Assembly (NCBI GenBank): GCA_044222185.1
Contig: JBGANV010000002.1
Location: forward strand, 448,001 to 512,000
Source of the DNA: Planctomycetota bacterium
GTDB lineage: Bacteria; Planctomycetota; GCA-002687715; CAIWVZ01
DNA length: 64,000 nt
Reading direction: 5' to 3'
Positions 19,701-30,200 of this stretch are shown here, one piece after another. The notes below the pieces were generated by a model that saw nothing but the letters and a program-made list of their open reading frames with translations, made no database searches and had not been told where the DNA came from. The first letter of the stretch is position 1. Every line of letters begins with the position of its first letter. The translations under genes and the position numbers were made by a program.

Positions 19701-20585
19701 CGCCCGGACATCCTCGTCGGGGCCAGGGGTTACTCGCAAAGCCTGGGGAAGGTCTACGTGATCTCGGGTGCGACCGGCGCCGTGGTGCGCGTGGTGCAAG
19801 GAAGCGCGGTCGGTGACCGGTTCGGCTTTTCGCTCGCCTCCGGGATGGACGTGAACGCGGACGACTTCCCGGACTTCGTCGTCGGGGCGCCATTCGACGA
19901 CGACGTGGCGGTCGATGCCGGGGCCGTCCATCTGGTGTCTGGCTTCGACGGGCGGAGTCTCGCGAAGTACCGGGGATCGGCCGCGGCGGACAACATGGGC
20001 CTCTTCGTCGCGCTCGGCGGTGACGTCGACGGCGATGGGATCCCGGATGCGGCCGGTGGGTCGCCGTTCAACGATCAGAACGGCAGCAGTTCCGGGCGGG
20101 CCCAACTATTCCGTGGACCGCTCTCGCCGCGCTTCCCTGGCACCGCCGACGACTTCATCACCCTCGCCTCCGTGTCGAATGGTCCATTCCGCGTGGGAAG
20201 GGAGCGGGACGTCGTCAGTCTCGTCGCCGGCAACCTCCTCACGGTCTGGTGGGGTTCACCCACGAGCCGCTTCGACTTCCAGCCGTTCTTCCTCGCCGCG
20301 GAGAGCTTCGTGCCGGGCCAACGGCCGGCCGTACCCTCGTGCTATCCCGCGGCGCCGTGCTTCTCGGGCCTGCAGTTCGCACCGCTCCCGCAGAACGTCT
20401 TGATGGGACCCGTCGGTGGTCCGTTCGGCTTTCCGCTGCTCTTCCCGGGCGGCAATCAGGCGAACTTCCTCGTCCCACCCGGGCTCGGCGGGCTGAGGGT
20501 GCTGTTGCAGCCAGTGGTACTCTCGGGCCTCGCGCTCAACGGGTCCTACGCGGCGGCGAATGCGATCGTGCTCGATCTGAACTGA
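16782..20585 (+). CDS. Large secreted protein: two PPC-like beta-sandwich domains, many FG-GAP repeats, conserved C-terminal domain
   Basis: ATG at 16782 after GGAGGG; signal peptide ending CVMA-Q; two D.WF.(Y/F)...(I/F)DT...ACN...GxTYxxR(I/V) units; more than 10 FG-GAP/DxDGDG repeats. The ORF-track extension to 15708 overlaps the previous gene and is rejected. Confidence 0.85.
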   Translation: MNATCRIGCIVAACFLSCATCVMAQFEDCSPAATLVFPGINPGPPFGGDGTSFTNSGMSASVGFSSPCGATNDDGWFRYVATRTGTTVIDTATPLGFSVLALGDTVIDVHTACSQAAHLACNGGLVQSGGLKARVSFQATAGVTYYVRISSPSIAAADFYLTIAEHPAVVNDEPYAPLTLLAGLNPGGGAGNGGFYAMAGATPTPSLDAICPISPAVPVPPPPSNDVWFTFTATTTETTVFDTCEGVMPLGGAATLTLFSLGGATTSYVACNQDACPGCGGGARLTASLNAGTTYLLRVASAPVAPPVPFRVRVTGSGVSNGPAFSPFEGRTIVAPPAASHADVNWTVLGDANQDGTPDLVVGIPGDATNGWGAGRVVVLSGSNGAQLSAFANAPAGARLGASVCCVGDVGNDGVPDFAVSAPFLAGATPAVAGEVFIVSATGQQIGTWATFAKAPFAYGGVWGSGLAAVGDWDLDGVMNLCVTDWGEAGTSVRTPLYVIGDRNGDGVDDVARFRIPSGSASAFLATQSGTVESIPYLFLGSPWPVTIPNTLVGFPTQVCAAGRIDSDAISDYLLGIPGDNTTGSLAGKVVVVSGATHAFVTQFLGANAGDRFGTAVAAVGDFNFDGVPDFAIGAPYDDTNGNDAGSVTVVSSSTGQVIQKFFGDLPGDRFGWSLHRADAPARPGRTRLFASANPVLAQRAPYGRFLGSDRTVVQGDSANDECGYSVAIVPDADGDGRSDLIVGIRKEEVGSLTDAGVARLVSGSTGATIRQWNGTASFEQFGQTVVLVGDIDHDGTRDVAFGAPHASPAGSGSNSGQVKVVSGATGQLLRTFNGLAAGGWFGFDIADAGDVDGDGTADIVSGAQFHDLPGLTDAGVVRVHSGATGAVIHQWNGTVAGGKLGISLAGVGDVDGDGRADVAVGASSDGTFGTAAGRVFVFSGATGAMIRDLHPAGANAEFGYSLAPAGDLDRDGRPDILVGARGYSQSLGKVYVISGATGAVVRVVQGSAVGDRFGFSLASGMDVNADDFPDFVVGAPFDDDVAVDAGAVHLVSGFDGRSLAKYRGSAAADNMGLFVALGGDVDGDGIPDAAGGSPFNDQNGSSSGRAQLFRGPLSPRFPGTADDFITLASVSNGPFRVGRERDVVSLVAGNLLTVWWGSPTSRFDFQPFFLAAESFVPGQRPAVPSCYPAAPCFSGLQFAPLPQNVLMGPVGGPFGFPLLFPGGNQANFLVPPGLGGLRVLLQPVVLSGLALNGSYAAANAIVLDLN

Positions 20586-20591
20586 GGCCGG

Positions 20592-23348
20592 ATGGAATCG
20601 CAAGACGACCGCACGCTCCCCATGGGGTCCGACTCGGCGAAGGCCGAGGCGCGGCCAGCGCCGGGCGCGGTCACGTCCGAGGTCTTCGGCTCGGGGCGGT
20701 ACCGCGCCATCCGCGTCCTCGGGCGGGGTGCGCAGGGGACCGTCTACCTCGCCGAGGACACCGTCCTCAATCGACGCATCGCGTTGAAGGTCATCTCGCT
20801 CGGCGGAGAGATGTCCGCGGACGGCATCGCGCGCTTTCGCCGCGAGGCCGACCTCGCGGGCCGGTTGAGCCATCCCGGGATCTGCACCGTGCTGGACGTC
20901 GGTCTCGAGGCGAGACTTGCCTACATCGCCATGCAGTACGTCGAGGGCGAGACGCTCCAGCAACGTCTCGCCGTCGCGCGCTCGGACGCGACCACGCGGG
21001 AGGAACCGGGGTTGCACATCTCGAAGTTCGGGCCCGACGTTGCGGGCGACGATCCGAAGCGAGCTACCGCGTCCCGTCCCCGCGTCGACGTCGACGTCCA
21101 GAGGACGGTCCGGTTGATCGAGGACGTCGCGCGCGCGCTGCACGCCGCACACGAGGTCGGGATCGTTCACAGGGACATCAAGCCCGCCAACATCATGGTG
21201 GGGGCGGACGACAGGGCGGTCGTGCTGGATTTCGGTCTCGCGCGCGACGTCGTGGATGGCGAGACGATCACCCAGCCAGGGTTCCAGCTCGGAACGCCTT
21301 ATTACATGTCGCCGGAGCAACTCATGCTGGGACACGTGCGCCTCGACCGGCGCACCGACGTCTATTCCCTCGGCGTCACGCTGTACGAGTGTCTGACGCT
21401 CGACAGGCCTTTCGACGCGCCGACGCGTGAAGGGCTGTGGCAGGCGATCCAGCATCAGGACGCGACGGACGCGCGGCGGCGGAATCGCTCGATCTCGTCG
21501 GATCTGTGGAAGGTCGTCCAGGTCGCGATCGAGAAGGATCGCGATCGCCGATATCAGACCGCTCTGCAATTCGCCGACGACCTCCGTCGCGTGCGCCAGG
21601 GTGAGCCGATCCTCGCCCGCCCCGTGGGCCCGTTCGGCCGTCTCGTGCGGTGGACGCGCCGCCGGCCGGCGCTCGCCGCCGCGTGGCTGGGTGTCCTCAC
21701 ATCTCTCAGCGCGGGCCTCGCGACGTCGCTGACGCTTCTCGCGCAACGAACGCGGGAGACCAAGCGCGCGAACGAGATGACGGCCGTGGCGCTGTCCCGC
21801 CTCAGCGATTCCGAGAGCCTGGCCGACCTCGGCCTTGCGCGCCAACTCGTCATCGAGGAGCCGCGACTGTGGCCCGCGCACCCACGCCTCGTGCCCGCGA
21901 TCGACGATTGGATCCACCGCGCGCGCTCGCTCGTGGAGAGGCGGGATCGCTATCGAGCAGACTTGGCCCGGATCCGCGAGTCGGCCATCCCACTGGACCC
22001 GATCCGGCGGCAAGCCGAGCGGGAACGAGCCCAGCTGTTGCTCGCGACCAGCGCGGTGCGATCGAAGGAGGCCGAGACGATCGCGTCCGAGCGCGCCGCG
22101 ATCGCATCCGGGGCGCCGACGATCGACGTTCCGATCGGCAATCGCGACGCCGCGCTGCTCCAGCTCGACGCGTCGATCGAGGACTGTCGGATTGCCAGCG
22201 AACGCCTGCGCGCCGCCGCGGACGAGCCGTCCGAGTGGGCGTTCGCCGATCCGTCCGTCGCGTGGCGGCACGAAGTGCTCACGACGTTGGTCCGCGAGAT
22301 GTCCTCGATCGCGGACCCAGGTGACGGGGCCGGCCTTTTGCGGCGCGTGGAGGCGCGGCGCCGGATCGCCGCGGAGCTGCGACACGTCACGCTCGACGGG
22401 CCGGCCGAGGATTGGCGGCGCGCGATCGCGATGATCGGCGATCCGCGAGTCCTTCCGGTCTATGGCGGGCTCGAGATCACGCCGCAGCTCGGCCTCATCC
22501 CCGTCGGCGTGGACCCCGGGAGTCGTCTGTACGAGTTCGCGCACGTCGCGAGCGGCGCGCCGGCCGTGCGCGGACCCGACGGGCGACTCGTCGTTTCCCC
22601 CGACTCGGGGATCGTCCTGGTGCTCGTCCCCGGCGGCGAATTCAACATCGGCAGCCGGCTCCCCGCCGGCGAGTTCGTCGAAGGCGATCCGAACGTCGAT
22701 CCCGAACGGCAACCGTTCGACCTGCCGGTCCAGGGCGTCACCCTTCCAGCGTTCTTCGTTTCCAAGTGGGAGATGACACAAGCCCAATGGAAGCGACTGA
22801 CGGGAAGGAACCCGTCGTTGAATCGTGGGCTCGCCAACGGCCGCCTCTTCACGCTGACGTGTCCCGTCGACAACGTCAGCGGCGCGGAGGCGCTGGAGGT
22901 CGCGCGCATGGTCGATCTGGACCTTCCGTCGGAGGCCGAGTGGGAATTCGCCACGCGCGCGGGCACGCGGACGGTCTGGTACACGGGCGATCGCGTCGAA
23001 CTCGTCCAGGCGGCCGCCAACCTCATGGGCTCGACGGAGGGTGGGCCCGACCGGTTCGTGCAGATTGCGCCGATCGGGAGCTTCGCGCCGAACGCGTTCG
23101 GCCTGTACGACGTTTACGGGAACGTCCGCGAATGGTGCCGCGACATTCGCGATGCCGACACGAACGGAAATCGAGACGGCGAGGGGCGCTCGGCTCGCGC
23201 CGTCGGGTTTGGAGTGATGCGCGGAGGTGGATTCAGTGACTCGCCGGCGTCGGCGCGATCGGCCGCCCGGTACTGGCACCCCTTCGACTCCGCGTATTGC
23301 CCGGCGGGTGTGCGGCCGGTCCGCCGGCTCCGCCCCGATTCCGAGTAG
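20592..23348 (+). CDS. Ser/Thr protein kinase with C-terminal FGE-sulfatase (SUMF1/EgtB/PvdO) domain
   Basis: LGRGAQGTVY, IALK, HRDIKPAN, DFGLA, GTPYYMSPEQ, TM segment, then SKWEMTQAQW, LPSEAEWEFATRAG, PNAFGLYDVYGNVREWC, RGGGF. Confidence 0.93.
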   Translation: MESQDDRTLPMGSDSAKAEARPAPGAVTSEVFGSGRYRAIRVLGRGAQGTVYLAEDTVLNRRIALKVISLGGEMSADGIARFRREADLAGRLSHPGICTVLDVGLEARLAYIAMQYVEGETLQQRLAVARSDATTREEPGLHISKFGPDVAGDDPKRATASRPRVDVDVQRTVRLIEDVARALHAAHEVGIVHRDIKPANIMVGADDRAVVLDFGLARDVVDGETITQPGFQLGTPYYMSPEQLMLGHVRLDRRTDVYSLGVTLYECLTLDRPFDAPTREGLWQAIQHQDATDARRRNRSISSDLWKVVQVAIEKDRDRRYQTALQFADDLRRVRQGEPILARPVGPFGRLVRWTRRRPALAAAWLGVLTSLSAGLATSLTLLAQRTRETKRANEMTAVALSRLSDSESLADLGLARQLVIEEPRLWPAHPRLVPAIDDWIHRARSLVERRDRYRADLARIRESAIPLDPIRRQAERERAQLLLATSAVRSKEAETIASERAAIASGAPTIDVPIGNRDAALLQLDASIEDCRIASERLRAAADEPSEWAFADPSVAWRHEVLTTLVREMSSIADPGDGAGLLRRVEARRRIAAELRHVTLDGPAEDWRRAIAMIGDPRVLPVYGGLEITPQLGLIPVGVDPGSRLYEFAHVASGAPAVRGPDGRLVVSPDSGIVLVLVPGGEFNIGSRLPAGEFVEGDPNVDPERQPFDLPVQGVTLPAFFVSKWEMTQAQWKRLTGRNPSLNRGLANGRLFTLTCPVDNVSGAEALEVARMVDLDLPSEAEWEFATRAGTRTVWYTGDRVELVQAAANLMGSTEGGPDRFVQIAPIGSFAPNAFGLYDVYGNVREWCRDIRDADTNGNRDGEGRSARAVGFGVMRGGGFSDSPASARSAARYWHPFDSAYCPAGVRPVRRLRPDSE

Positions 23349-23471
23349 GGGCCGGACTGGGGTTTGGCCACGCCGCGACGCCCCGGCGGAGCCCTCGGCA
23401 GTGTGACGCGCCTCGGACTTGGCTCCTCCTTGCTCGCCGAACGCTCGCCGTCGTGGGATGATCTGCGCCTC

Positions 23472-24302
23472 ATGCCCGACACCCCGCGCCAGAACCGGCT
23501 CTTCGCATCCGACGGCAAGTGCTTCGACGTCGCCATCGACCATGGCTTCTTCAACGAGGCCGCCTTCCTCGACGGCATCGTGGACATGCCGGCGGCGATC
23601 GCCACGGTCGTGGCGGCGCGCCCCGACGCCATTCAACTCAGCCCCGGACAAGCCGCGCATCTGGGACGGATCCGCGGACCCAAACCGGCACTCGTCCTGC
23701 GCACCGACGTGGCGAACGTCTACGGCCGCCCGCTGCCCGATACGCTCTTCAGCGAACTCGTCGACGAGGCCGTGGAGACCGCGGTCCGGGCCGATGCCGC
23801 CTGCGTCGTCGTGAACCTCCTGCGGCTTCCGGGCGAGCCCGAGCTGCACCGGGCCTGCCTCCGCAACATCTCTCGCCTCAAACCTTCGTGTGAGCGGTAT
23901 GGCATGCCGCTGATGGTCGAGCCCCTCGTCATGAAGGGCGAGGCGGTGTCCGGGTACGGGGTCGATGGCGATCCGCGGCTGATCGTCCCGCTCGTGCGGC
24001 AGGCGGTCGAGATGGGCGCCGACGTGATCAAGGCCGACCCGACGGACCGCGTCTCGGACTTCACCGAGGTGGTGCGGGTGGCGGGCGGCGTTCCCGTGCT
24101 CGTGCGGGGCGGCGGTCGAGCGTCGGACGCGGACATCCTCGCGCGGACGCACGCGCTCATGGCGACGGGCGCGCGGGGGATCGTCTATGGGCGGAACGTC
24201 ATCCAGCACCCCAAGCCCGCGGCGATGACGCGCGCCCTGATGGCGATCGTGCACGACGGCGCGTCGCCCGAGCGCGCGGGCCAGATCCTGGCGGCCGGGT
24301 GA
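23472..24302 (+). CDS. Class I aldolase, DhnA/LsrF family
   Basis: VAIDHG, YGMPLMVE, EMGADVIKAD (Schiff-base Lys), VLVRGGG, GARGIVYGRNVIQHPKP. Confidence 0.9.
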   Translation: MPDTPRQNRLFASDGKCFDVAIDHGFFNEAAFLDGIVDMPAAIATVVAARPDAIQLSPGQAAHLGRIRGPKPALVLRTDVANVYGRPLPDTLFSELVDEAVETAVRADAACVVVNLLRLPGEPELHRACLRNISRLKPSCERYGMPLMVEPLVMKGEAVSGYGVDGDPRLIVPLVRQAVEMGADVIKADPTDRVSDFTEVVRVAGGVPVLVRGGGRASDADILARTHALMATGARGIVYGRNVIQHPKPAAMTRALMAIVHDGASPERAGQILAAG

Positions 24303-24306
24303 TGCC

Positions 24307-25455
24307 ATGACCGACCGGCGCACCATCAATCTCGCCATCATCGGGTGCGGCCTCATGGGGCGCGAGCTCGCCTCGGCGGCGGCGCGCTTCTCCCATCTCG
24401 TGAACCTGCCGTTCCGGCCCCGGGTGACCGTCGCCTGCGATTCCAATCCCGAAACGCTGGCGTCGTTCGTTTCCGCGTACCCGGACGTCCGACCGCTGGC
24501 CGACTGGCGCGCGGCGGTGGCGGCGCCGGACGTGGACGCGGTTTACATCGCGGTTCCCCATCGCCTCCATGCGGAGATGTACATCGCGGCGCTCGAGGCC
24601 GGGAAACACCTATTCGGCGAAAAGCCGTTCGGGATCGACGCCCGGGCCAACGCCGCCATCCTGGAGGTCGCCGCCCGCCGTCCCGCTCAGGTCGTCGTGT
24701 GCTCGTCCGAGTTCCCGTTCTTCCCGGGCGCCCAGCGCATCGTTCGCGCGGCGCAGGCGGGCGAATTTGGCCGGATCCTCGAGGTGCGGGCCGGGCTCCT
24801 CCATTCGTCCGACATGGATCCTCAGAAACCCGGGAACTGGAAGCGCGACGCGCGCCAGAACGGAGAGGCCGGTTGCATGGCCGACCTCGGGCTTCATGCA
24901 CTTCACGTCCCCCTGCGGCTCGGCTGGGGACCCCGCGACGTGCGCGCCGTGCTCTCGAAGGTCGTCGCTCAGCGTCCGGATGGGCGCGGCGGGATGGTCG
25001 CCTGCGACACCTGGGACAACGCCACCCTCCTCTGCACCGCCGGCCCGCCTGCCGAGCCGTTCCCGCTCACCGTCGAGATGAAACGCATGGCCCCGGGACA
25101 CATGAACACCTGGTTCCTCGAGGTCTTTGGCACGAGCGTGTCGATGCGGTTCTCCACACGCCACCCGCGCACTCTCGAAACCCTGCGTTACGCCCGCGGC
25201 CGCGAGCAGGCCTGGGAGGTCGCCGATCTCGGCTACGCATCCGCCTACCCGGCCATCACGGGCTCGATCTTCGAGTTCGGGTTCCCCGACGCGCTCCTCC
25301 AGATGCTCGCCGCGTTCTGCGACGAGATCGCCCACGGTCGCTCCTCCATGAAGCAGCCGTTCCACTGCGCCACGCCGCAAGAGACTGCCGCCACGCACCG
25401 CATCTACGACGCGGCGCTGCACTCGTGGCGGGATGGGGTCGTCGTTCCCCTGTGA
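24307..25455 (+). CDS. Gfo/Idh/MocA family oxidoreductase
   Basis: LAIIGCGLMG Rossmann motif, DAVYIAVPHRLH, AGKHLFGEKP, G.MADLGLH. Confidence 0.92.
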   Translation: MTDRRTINLAIIGCGLMGRELASAAARFSHLVNLPFRPRVTVACDSNPETLASFVSAYPDVRPLADWRAAVAAPDVDAVYIAVPHRLHAEMYIAALEAGKHLFGEKPFGIDARANAAILEVAARRPAQVVVCSSEFPFFPGAQRIVRAAQAGEFGRILEVRAGLLHSSDMDPQKPGNWKRDARQNGEAGCMADLGLHALHVPLRLGWGPRDVRAVLSKVVAQRPDGRGGMVACDTWDNATLLCTAGPPAEPFPLTVEMKRMAPGHMNTWFLEVFGTSVSMRFSTRHPRTLETLRYARGREQAWEVADLGYASAYPAITGSIFEFGFPDALLQMLAAFCDEIAHGRSSMKQPFHCATPQETAATHRIYDAALHSWRDGVVVPL

Positions 25456-25823
25456 TTCACGGCGGGGCGGTGCCGTCCTACGCCCCTCGTCGTTCGATCG
25501 CCGCGCCGGAGCGCCACGTCCTCCGCCGGTTCGGCGGGCACTGGCCGGATCGCCGCGCGTCTCGCGCGCGCCGACGGGGGTGGCTGGTGGTGCGGTCCGA
25601 GATCACTCACGCCCCGTTCGATCCTCGAAGGGCCCTCAGCGCATCGACACCCTCCGGCCCGGACGCCGCGCTGCGCCTCGCTCGTCGGGCGATCCTTCCG
25701 CTCGTCCTCACTCGCTTCGCTATCTGCAGTCGAGCGGCGCTCCCTCGCGATCGCGCGATCGACGCGCGGGGCACCGGCTTCTGAGATACTCTCTCGCGGA
25801 ATCCTTGACCGTCGGAGATCCAA

Positions 25824-27041
25824 TTGACCGAGATCCGTCGAACGATCGAGCGAGCGCTCGCGGCCGGTGACGGCATCCTGCGACTGTCGCCCGCGTGGGT
25901 GCCGCGTGCGTTCCTGAAGCCGGGTGGGCGGCTGGGGCTCGACCCGCGCGATCTCTACCCCTTCGGCACCGAGCGCGGCGGCATCGACGAGCGCTGGCTC
26001 GCGTCGACGGTGACGGCGGACAACCCCGGCGCGCCGCCGGACGAAGGGCTGAGTTACGTCGTCCATCACGGTGAGCGGGTGACGCTGCGCGACGCGCTCA
26101 CGCACCGCGGACCGAGCCTCGTCGGAGATGCGGCAAGTCGGCCCGAGGGCGGGTGGCCCGTCCTCGCGAAGCTCTTCGACAACCAGGGGCCGATCCCGCT
26201 CCATCTCCATCAGGATGACGCGCTGGCGTCGCTCGTGGGACGTCGCGGCAAGCCCGAGGGCTACTTCTTTCCAGCCGAGCTCAACGCCGATCGCGGGGCC
26301 TATCCCGTGACGCACTTCGGGTTGCGCGAGGGCGTCACGCGCGACGACGTGCGCCGATGCCTCGCCCGGTGGTCGAGCGGTGACGCCAGCATCGTCGCGC
26401 TCTCTGAGCCGCATGCGCTGCAGCCGGGCACGGGCTGGATCGTTCCGCCGCGGATCCTGCACGCGCCCGGAACGCTCGTCACGTTCGAGGTGCAGCGGGC
26501 GTCGGACGTCTTCTCGCTCTTTCAGGCGCAGATCGAAGGCCGTCCCGTTCCGCGCGATCTTCTCGTGAAGGACGTCCCGGCGGGTCGGCGCGACGACCTG
26601 GACTGGATCGTGGCGATGATCGATTGGCCCGCGAACACGGACCGGCACTTCGCGCGCGGACACTTCCTCGAAGCGAGGCGCGACGATCGTCGCAGCGGTG
26701 ACGGATGGACCGATCGTTGGGTGATCTATGGTCGGATCGCAGGCGAAGACCTCTTCTGCGCCAAGGAGCTGCGGATCGATCCAGGCGTGCGGGCGACGAT
26801 CCGCGACCCCGCGGCCCACGGCGTGTTCGTCGTCCACGGCGAGGGTCGCATCGGCCCACTGACGCTGAGGCGTCGTGACAGCGTTCGTTTCGGCGAGCCG
26901 ACGGAGGACGAGGTCTTCGTCACCGCCGCCCTCGCGCAGCGCGGCGCCGTCATCGAAAACACGTCCGCCACGGAGCCGCTCGTCCTCATCCGCTGGTTCG
27001 GTCCTGAGGCCAGCCCGGATGCGCCGACGCCAGGGTCGTAG
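25824..27041 (+). CDS. Class I mannose-6-phosphate isomerase-like cupin (sugar isomerase)
   Basis: ERWLAS, PVLAKLFD...PIPLHLHQ, GKPEGYFF, ILHAPG, EVQRASD metal-binding cupin pattern; TTG start uncertain. Confidence 0.75.
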   Translation: MTEIRRTIERALAAGDGILRLSPAWVPRAFLKPGGRLGLDPRDLYPFGTERGGIDERWLASTVTADNPGAPPDEGLSYVVHHGERVTLRDALTHRGPSLVGDAASRPEGGWPVLAKLFDNQGPIPLHLHQDDALASLVGRRGKPEGYFFPAELNADRGAYPVTHFGLREGVTRDDVRRCLARWSSGDASIVALSEPHALQPGTGWIVPPRILHAPGTLVTFEVQRASDVFSLFQAQIEGRPVPRDLLVKDVPAGRRDDLDWIVAMIDWPANTDRHFARGHFLEARRDDRRSGDGWTDRWVIYGRIAGEDLFCAKELRIDPGVRATIRDPAAHGVFVVHGEGRIGPLTLRRRDSVRFGEPTEDEVFVTAALAQRGAVIENTSATEPLVLIRWFGPEASPDAPTPGS

Positions 27042-27214
27042 CGCGCGCAAGAATCGATCGAGCGACGTGCGCGAAGAGCCTCCTCGCACCTCAGAGTCCG
27101 GCCTCCACATCCGCCACCACCGCCGCTCGGCGCCACGCGAAGTGACGACTGCCGCGGACCTGATTTGACTCGGGTCGCGTTCGCTGCCACGCTGGGCCGC
27201 AACTGGAGTGAACC

Positions 27215-30200
27215 ATGCTCAGAGTGCGGTCCATCGTCGCGTGCCTCGTCGTTCTCATCGCGCGTCAGGCCACGGCTCAGGCGTCGCCGACGCCACCGTC
27301 CGCCGATCGCGCGCTCCTGCTCGTGGCGGAGAACCTTGCCAAGGGATCGGGCAACTGGTTTGCCTACGCGCGGTTCTCGCAGACGCGGCACGTGATCCAG
27401 AAGGGCGACCGGCTCGAGTACGACGTGATGCTGCCGGGCTCGGCCAACCCCGAGCTGAAGGGCGGCGTGGATCTCGATCTGAAGAACGCCAACATCCCGC
27501 GGGCGCTCGATGGACGGCCGTGGATCCGTGACTCGGGGCTCATTGACGAGAAGGGCCTGAAGATCCACGGCGATGCCATCCTCGAGCCTGCGAAGGACCA
27601 CTGGTACCACCGCAGCTTCGACTTGTCGGTAGCGGCAGGCACGGAGGTCCGCGCGTGGACCGCGTCCTTCGAGGGCGACGCCACGGGCCGCTACGTCCAA
27701 CTTCTGTCGAACGTCCGCATCACCCACGACGGCAGGACCGTCGCCGCGGGGTTCCCCGACGGCAAGCCGCTCGACGTGGTCGCCGACAACACGGACGGCT
27801 ACAGCCGCCACGTCATCGCCTACGACATCGCCCGGGAGGACTCGATCACCGACGCCCGCGTCGCCGAGCTGATCAAGAAGGCCGAAGCGCGCAACAAGAT
27901 CCTGGAGGAACGCCGCAAGTTCCGCAGCGAGATGGACGTCGCGCGCGACATCGCCGACGCCACGGGCAACGCCAAGCTCAAGCAGGAGATCGACGACGCC
28001 GCGAAGTTGGAAGACGGCGGCGCCTTCGATGCGGGCGACGACGAGAAGTACGTCGCGTCACTCCACGATGCGCGGCATCGGCTCGCACATGCGCATCCCA
28101 TGATGCGGGAGTTCACGGGTCACCTCGTCGGTCACGCACACATCGACCTGCAATGGCTTTGGTCCTGGGACGAGACCGTCGAGAAGATCATCCCCGAGAC
28201 TTTCGGCCAGGCCGTGAAGTTCATGGACGAGTTTCCCGCGTTCACGTTCTCGCAGAGCTCCGCGGCGCTCTACGCAGTCACCGAGCGACGCTGGCCCGAG
28301 CTCTTCGCCAAGATGAAGAAGTACGTGGCGGACGGTCGGTGGGAGATCGTCGGCGGTCGCTGGAGCGAAGGCGACAACAACATGATCTCGGCCGAGTCGC
28401 ATGCGCGACAGTTCCTCTATGGCCAGCGCTACTTCATGAAGACGTTCGGCCACCCGGCGAAGGTCGGCTGGGAGCCCGACACGTTCGGTCACGCGTGGAC
28501 GATGCCGCAGGTGCTGCGCAAGTCCGGCATCAACTCCTATTACTTCTGCCGCGCAGGCAAGAAGATCCCGCTGTTCCGGTGGGAGAGCCCGGACGGCTCG
28601 CAGGTCCTCGCGTTCGACGAGCCCGCCACGGGCGGCTGGTACAACGACGTCGTCGACGACGAGAAGGTCAAGGAGCTCGCGCGGTTCGCGAAGGAGACGG
28701 GCGCGAAGGACCACCTGATGGTCTACGGCGTCGGCAACCACGGCGGCGGACCCACGCGCGAGCACATCATGGCGGCGTTGGGGATGGACGGCCGCGGGCT
28801 GTGGCCCACGATCCGGTTCTCCACGGCGACGGCCTTCTTCGACAAGCTCGAAGAGGTGGCGACGAAGCTCAAGGCGCCCGTCGTGCGTGACGAGCTCAAC
28901 CCGATCTTCGAGGGCTGTTACACGACACACTCCCGCGTGAAGAAGTGGAACCGCGACTCGGAGGTCATGCTCGAAGCGGCGGAGGCGTTCTCCGCGCTCG
29001 CGACCGGTCCCGGCGCGGCATATCCGCGGGCAGCCTTCGAGGACATGTGGCGCGACGTCTTGTGGAGTCATCACCACGACACGCTGCCGGGCTCGTTCGT
29101 CCACGCATCCGCGTTGTACAGCGCGAAGATCTACGAGTCGCTGCTCGCGCGCGGCGAGGCCATCCGCCGGCGTGCGGAGGCGGCGCTCGCGCGACGGGTC
29201 GACGTCCCCGGTGAAGGCGTGCCCGTGGTCGTCGTGAATCCCGTGGCGTGGCCGCGGACGGACGTCGTCGACGTTTCGGTGGAACTGCCGGCCCCGGCTG
29301 ACGGCGTGACGGTGGTCGGTGCGAGCGGCGAGGTTCCGGTGCAGGTCAACGGTCGCCGCGTCGACGGGGACGTGGTGACGTTCGATCTCTGCTTCGAAGC
29401 GAAGGACGTTCCAGGGCTCGGTGCGGCAGCGTACCGCGTACGCGCGGGCGCCGCTGCGGCGCCCGTTGCGAGCCAGCCGTCGGCGTCGTCGCCGACGACT
29501 TACCAGCTGCTTCACGAGAAGCCCCACGGCATGAGCGCGTGGCAGATCGGCGAATACGACAAGACGACCGACGTGAAGGCGCCCACGACCACCGAGTCGA
29601 TCGAGGCCGGACCGCTGCGCTGGCGCACGCGCCGCGTGATGCATGCGGGGCGTTCGACGATCACCGAGGATCAACTCACGCAGCCAGGCAAGCCCGGCTA
29701 CGCCTGCGACGTGTCGATCGAATGGCTCGAGATCGGCGACAACAAGACCGGCAGCAACATGCTGAAGGCCATGTTCGATACGGGAGTCACGGCGTCGAAG
29801 GCGACGTTCGAGATCCCGTTCGGCGCCATCGCGCGTGACACGAACGGCCACGAGCAGCCCGCGCTGCGCTACGTCGATCTCTCCGACGACACGCACGGCG
29901 TCACGGTCCTGAACGATTGCAAGCACGGGCATGACGTGCAGGACGGGAAGATTCGCGTGACGCTGCTGCGGTCTTCCTATGACCCCGATCCGACGCCCGA
30001 CGTCGGCATGCACCACGTCCGTCTGGCGATGGTTCCTCACGGGGGCCCGTTCGATGCGGCCGCCGCCACGCGCGCCGCGGCCGAGTTCAACAAGCCCATG
30101 CGCGCGTTCGTACGGCGCGATGCTCCCGTGAAGGACGCCCCGGCGACGTCGCTCGGAGTCTCGTGCGCGGCGCCGAACGTCATCATCACCTCGTTGAAGC

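Noticed and set aside
22600-23348. FGE-type C-terminal domain as a diversity-generating retroelement target
   Set aside because: No reverse transcriptase and no template/variable repeat pair seen in the window.
20256-24446. 1396-aa minus-strand ORF (likewise 16548..20105, 28058..31456, 1476..3569 and 62277..63680)
   Set aside because: Antisense to genes with clear family motifs; no domain signatures of their own.
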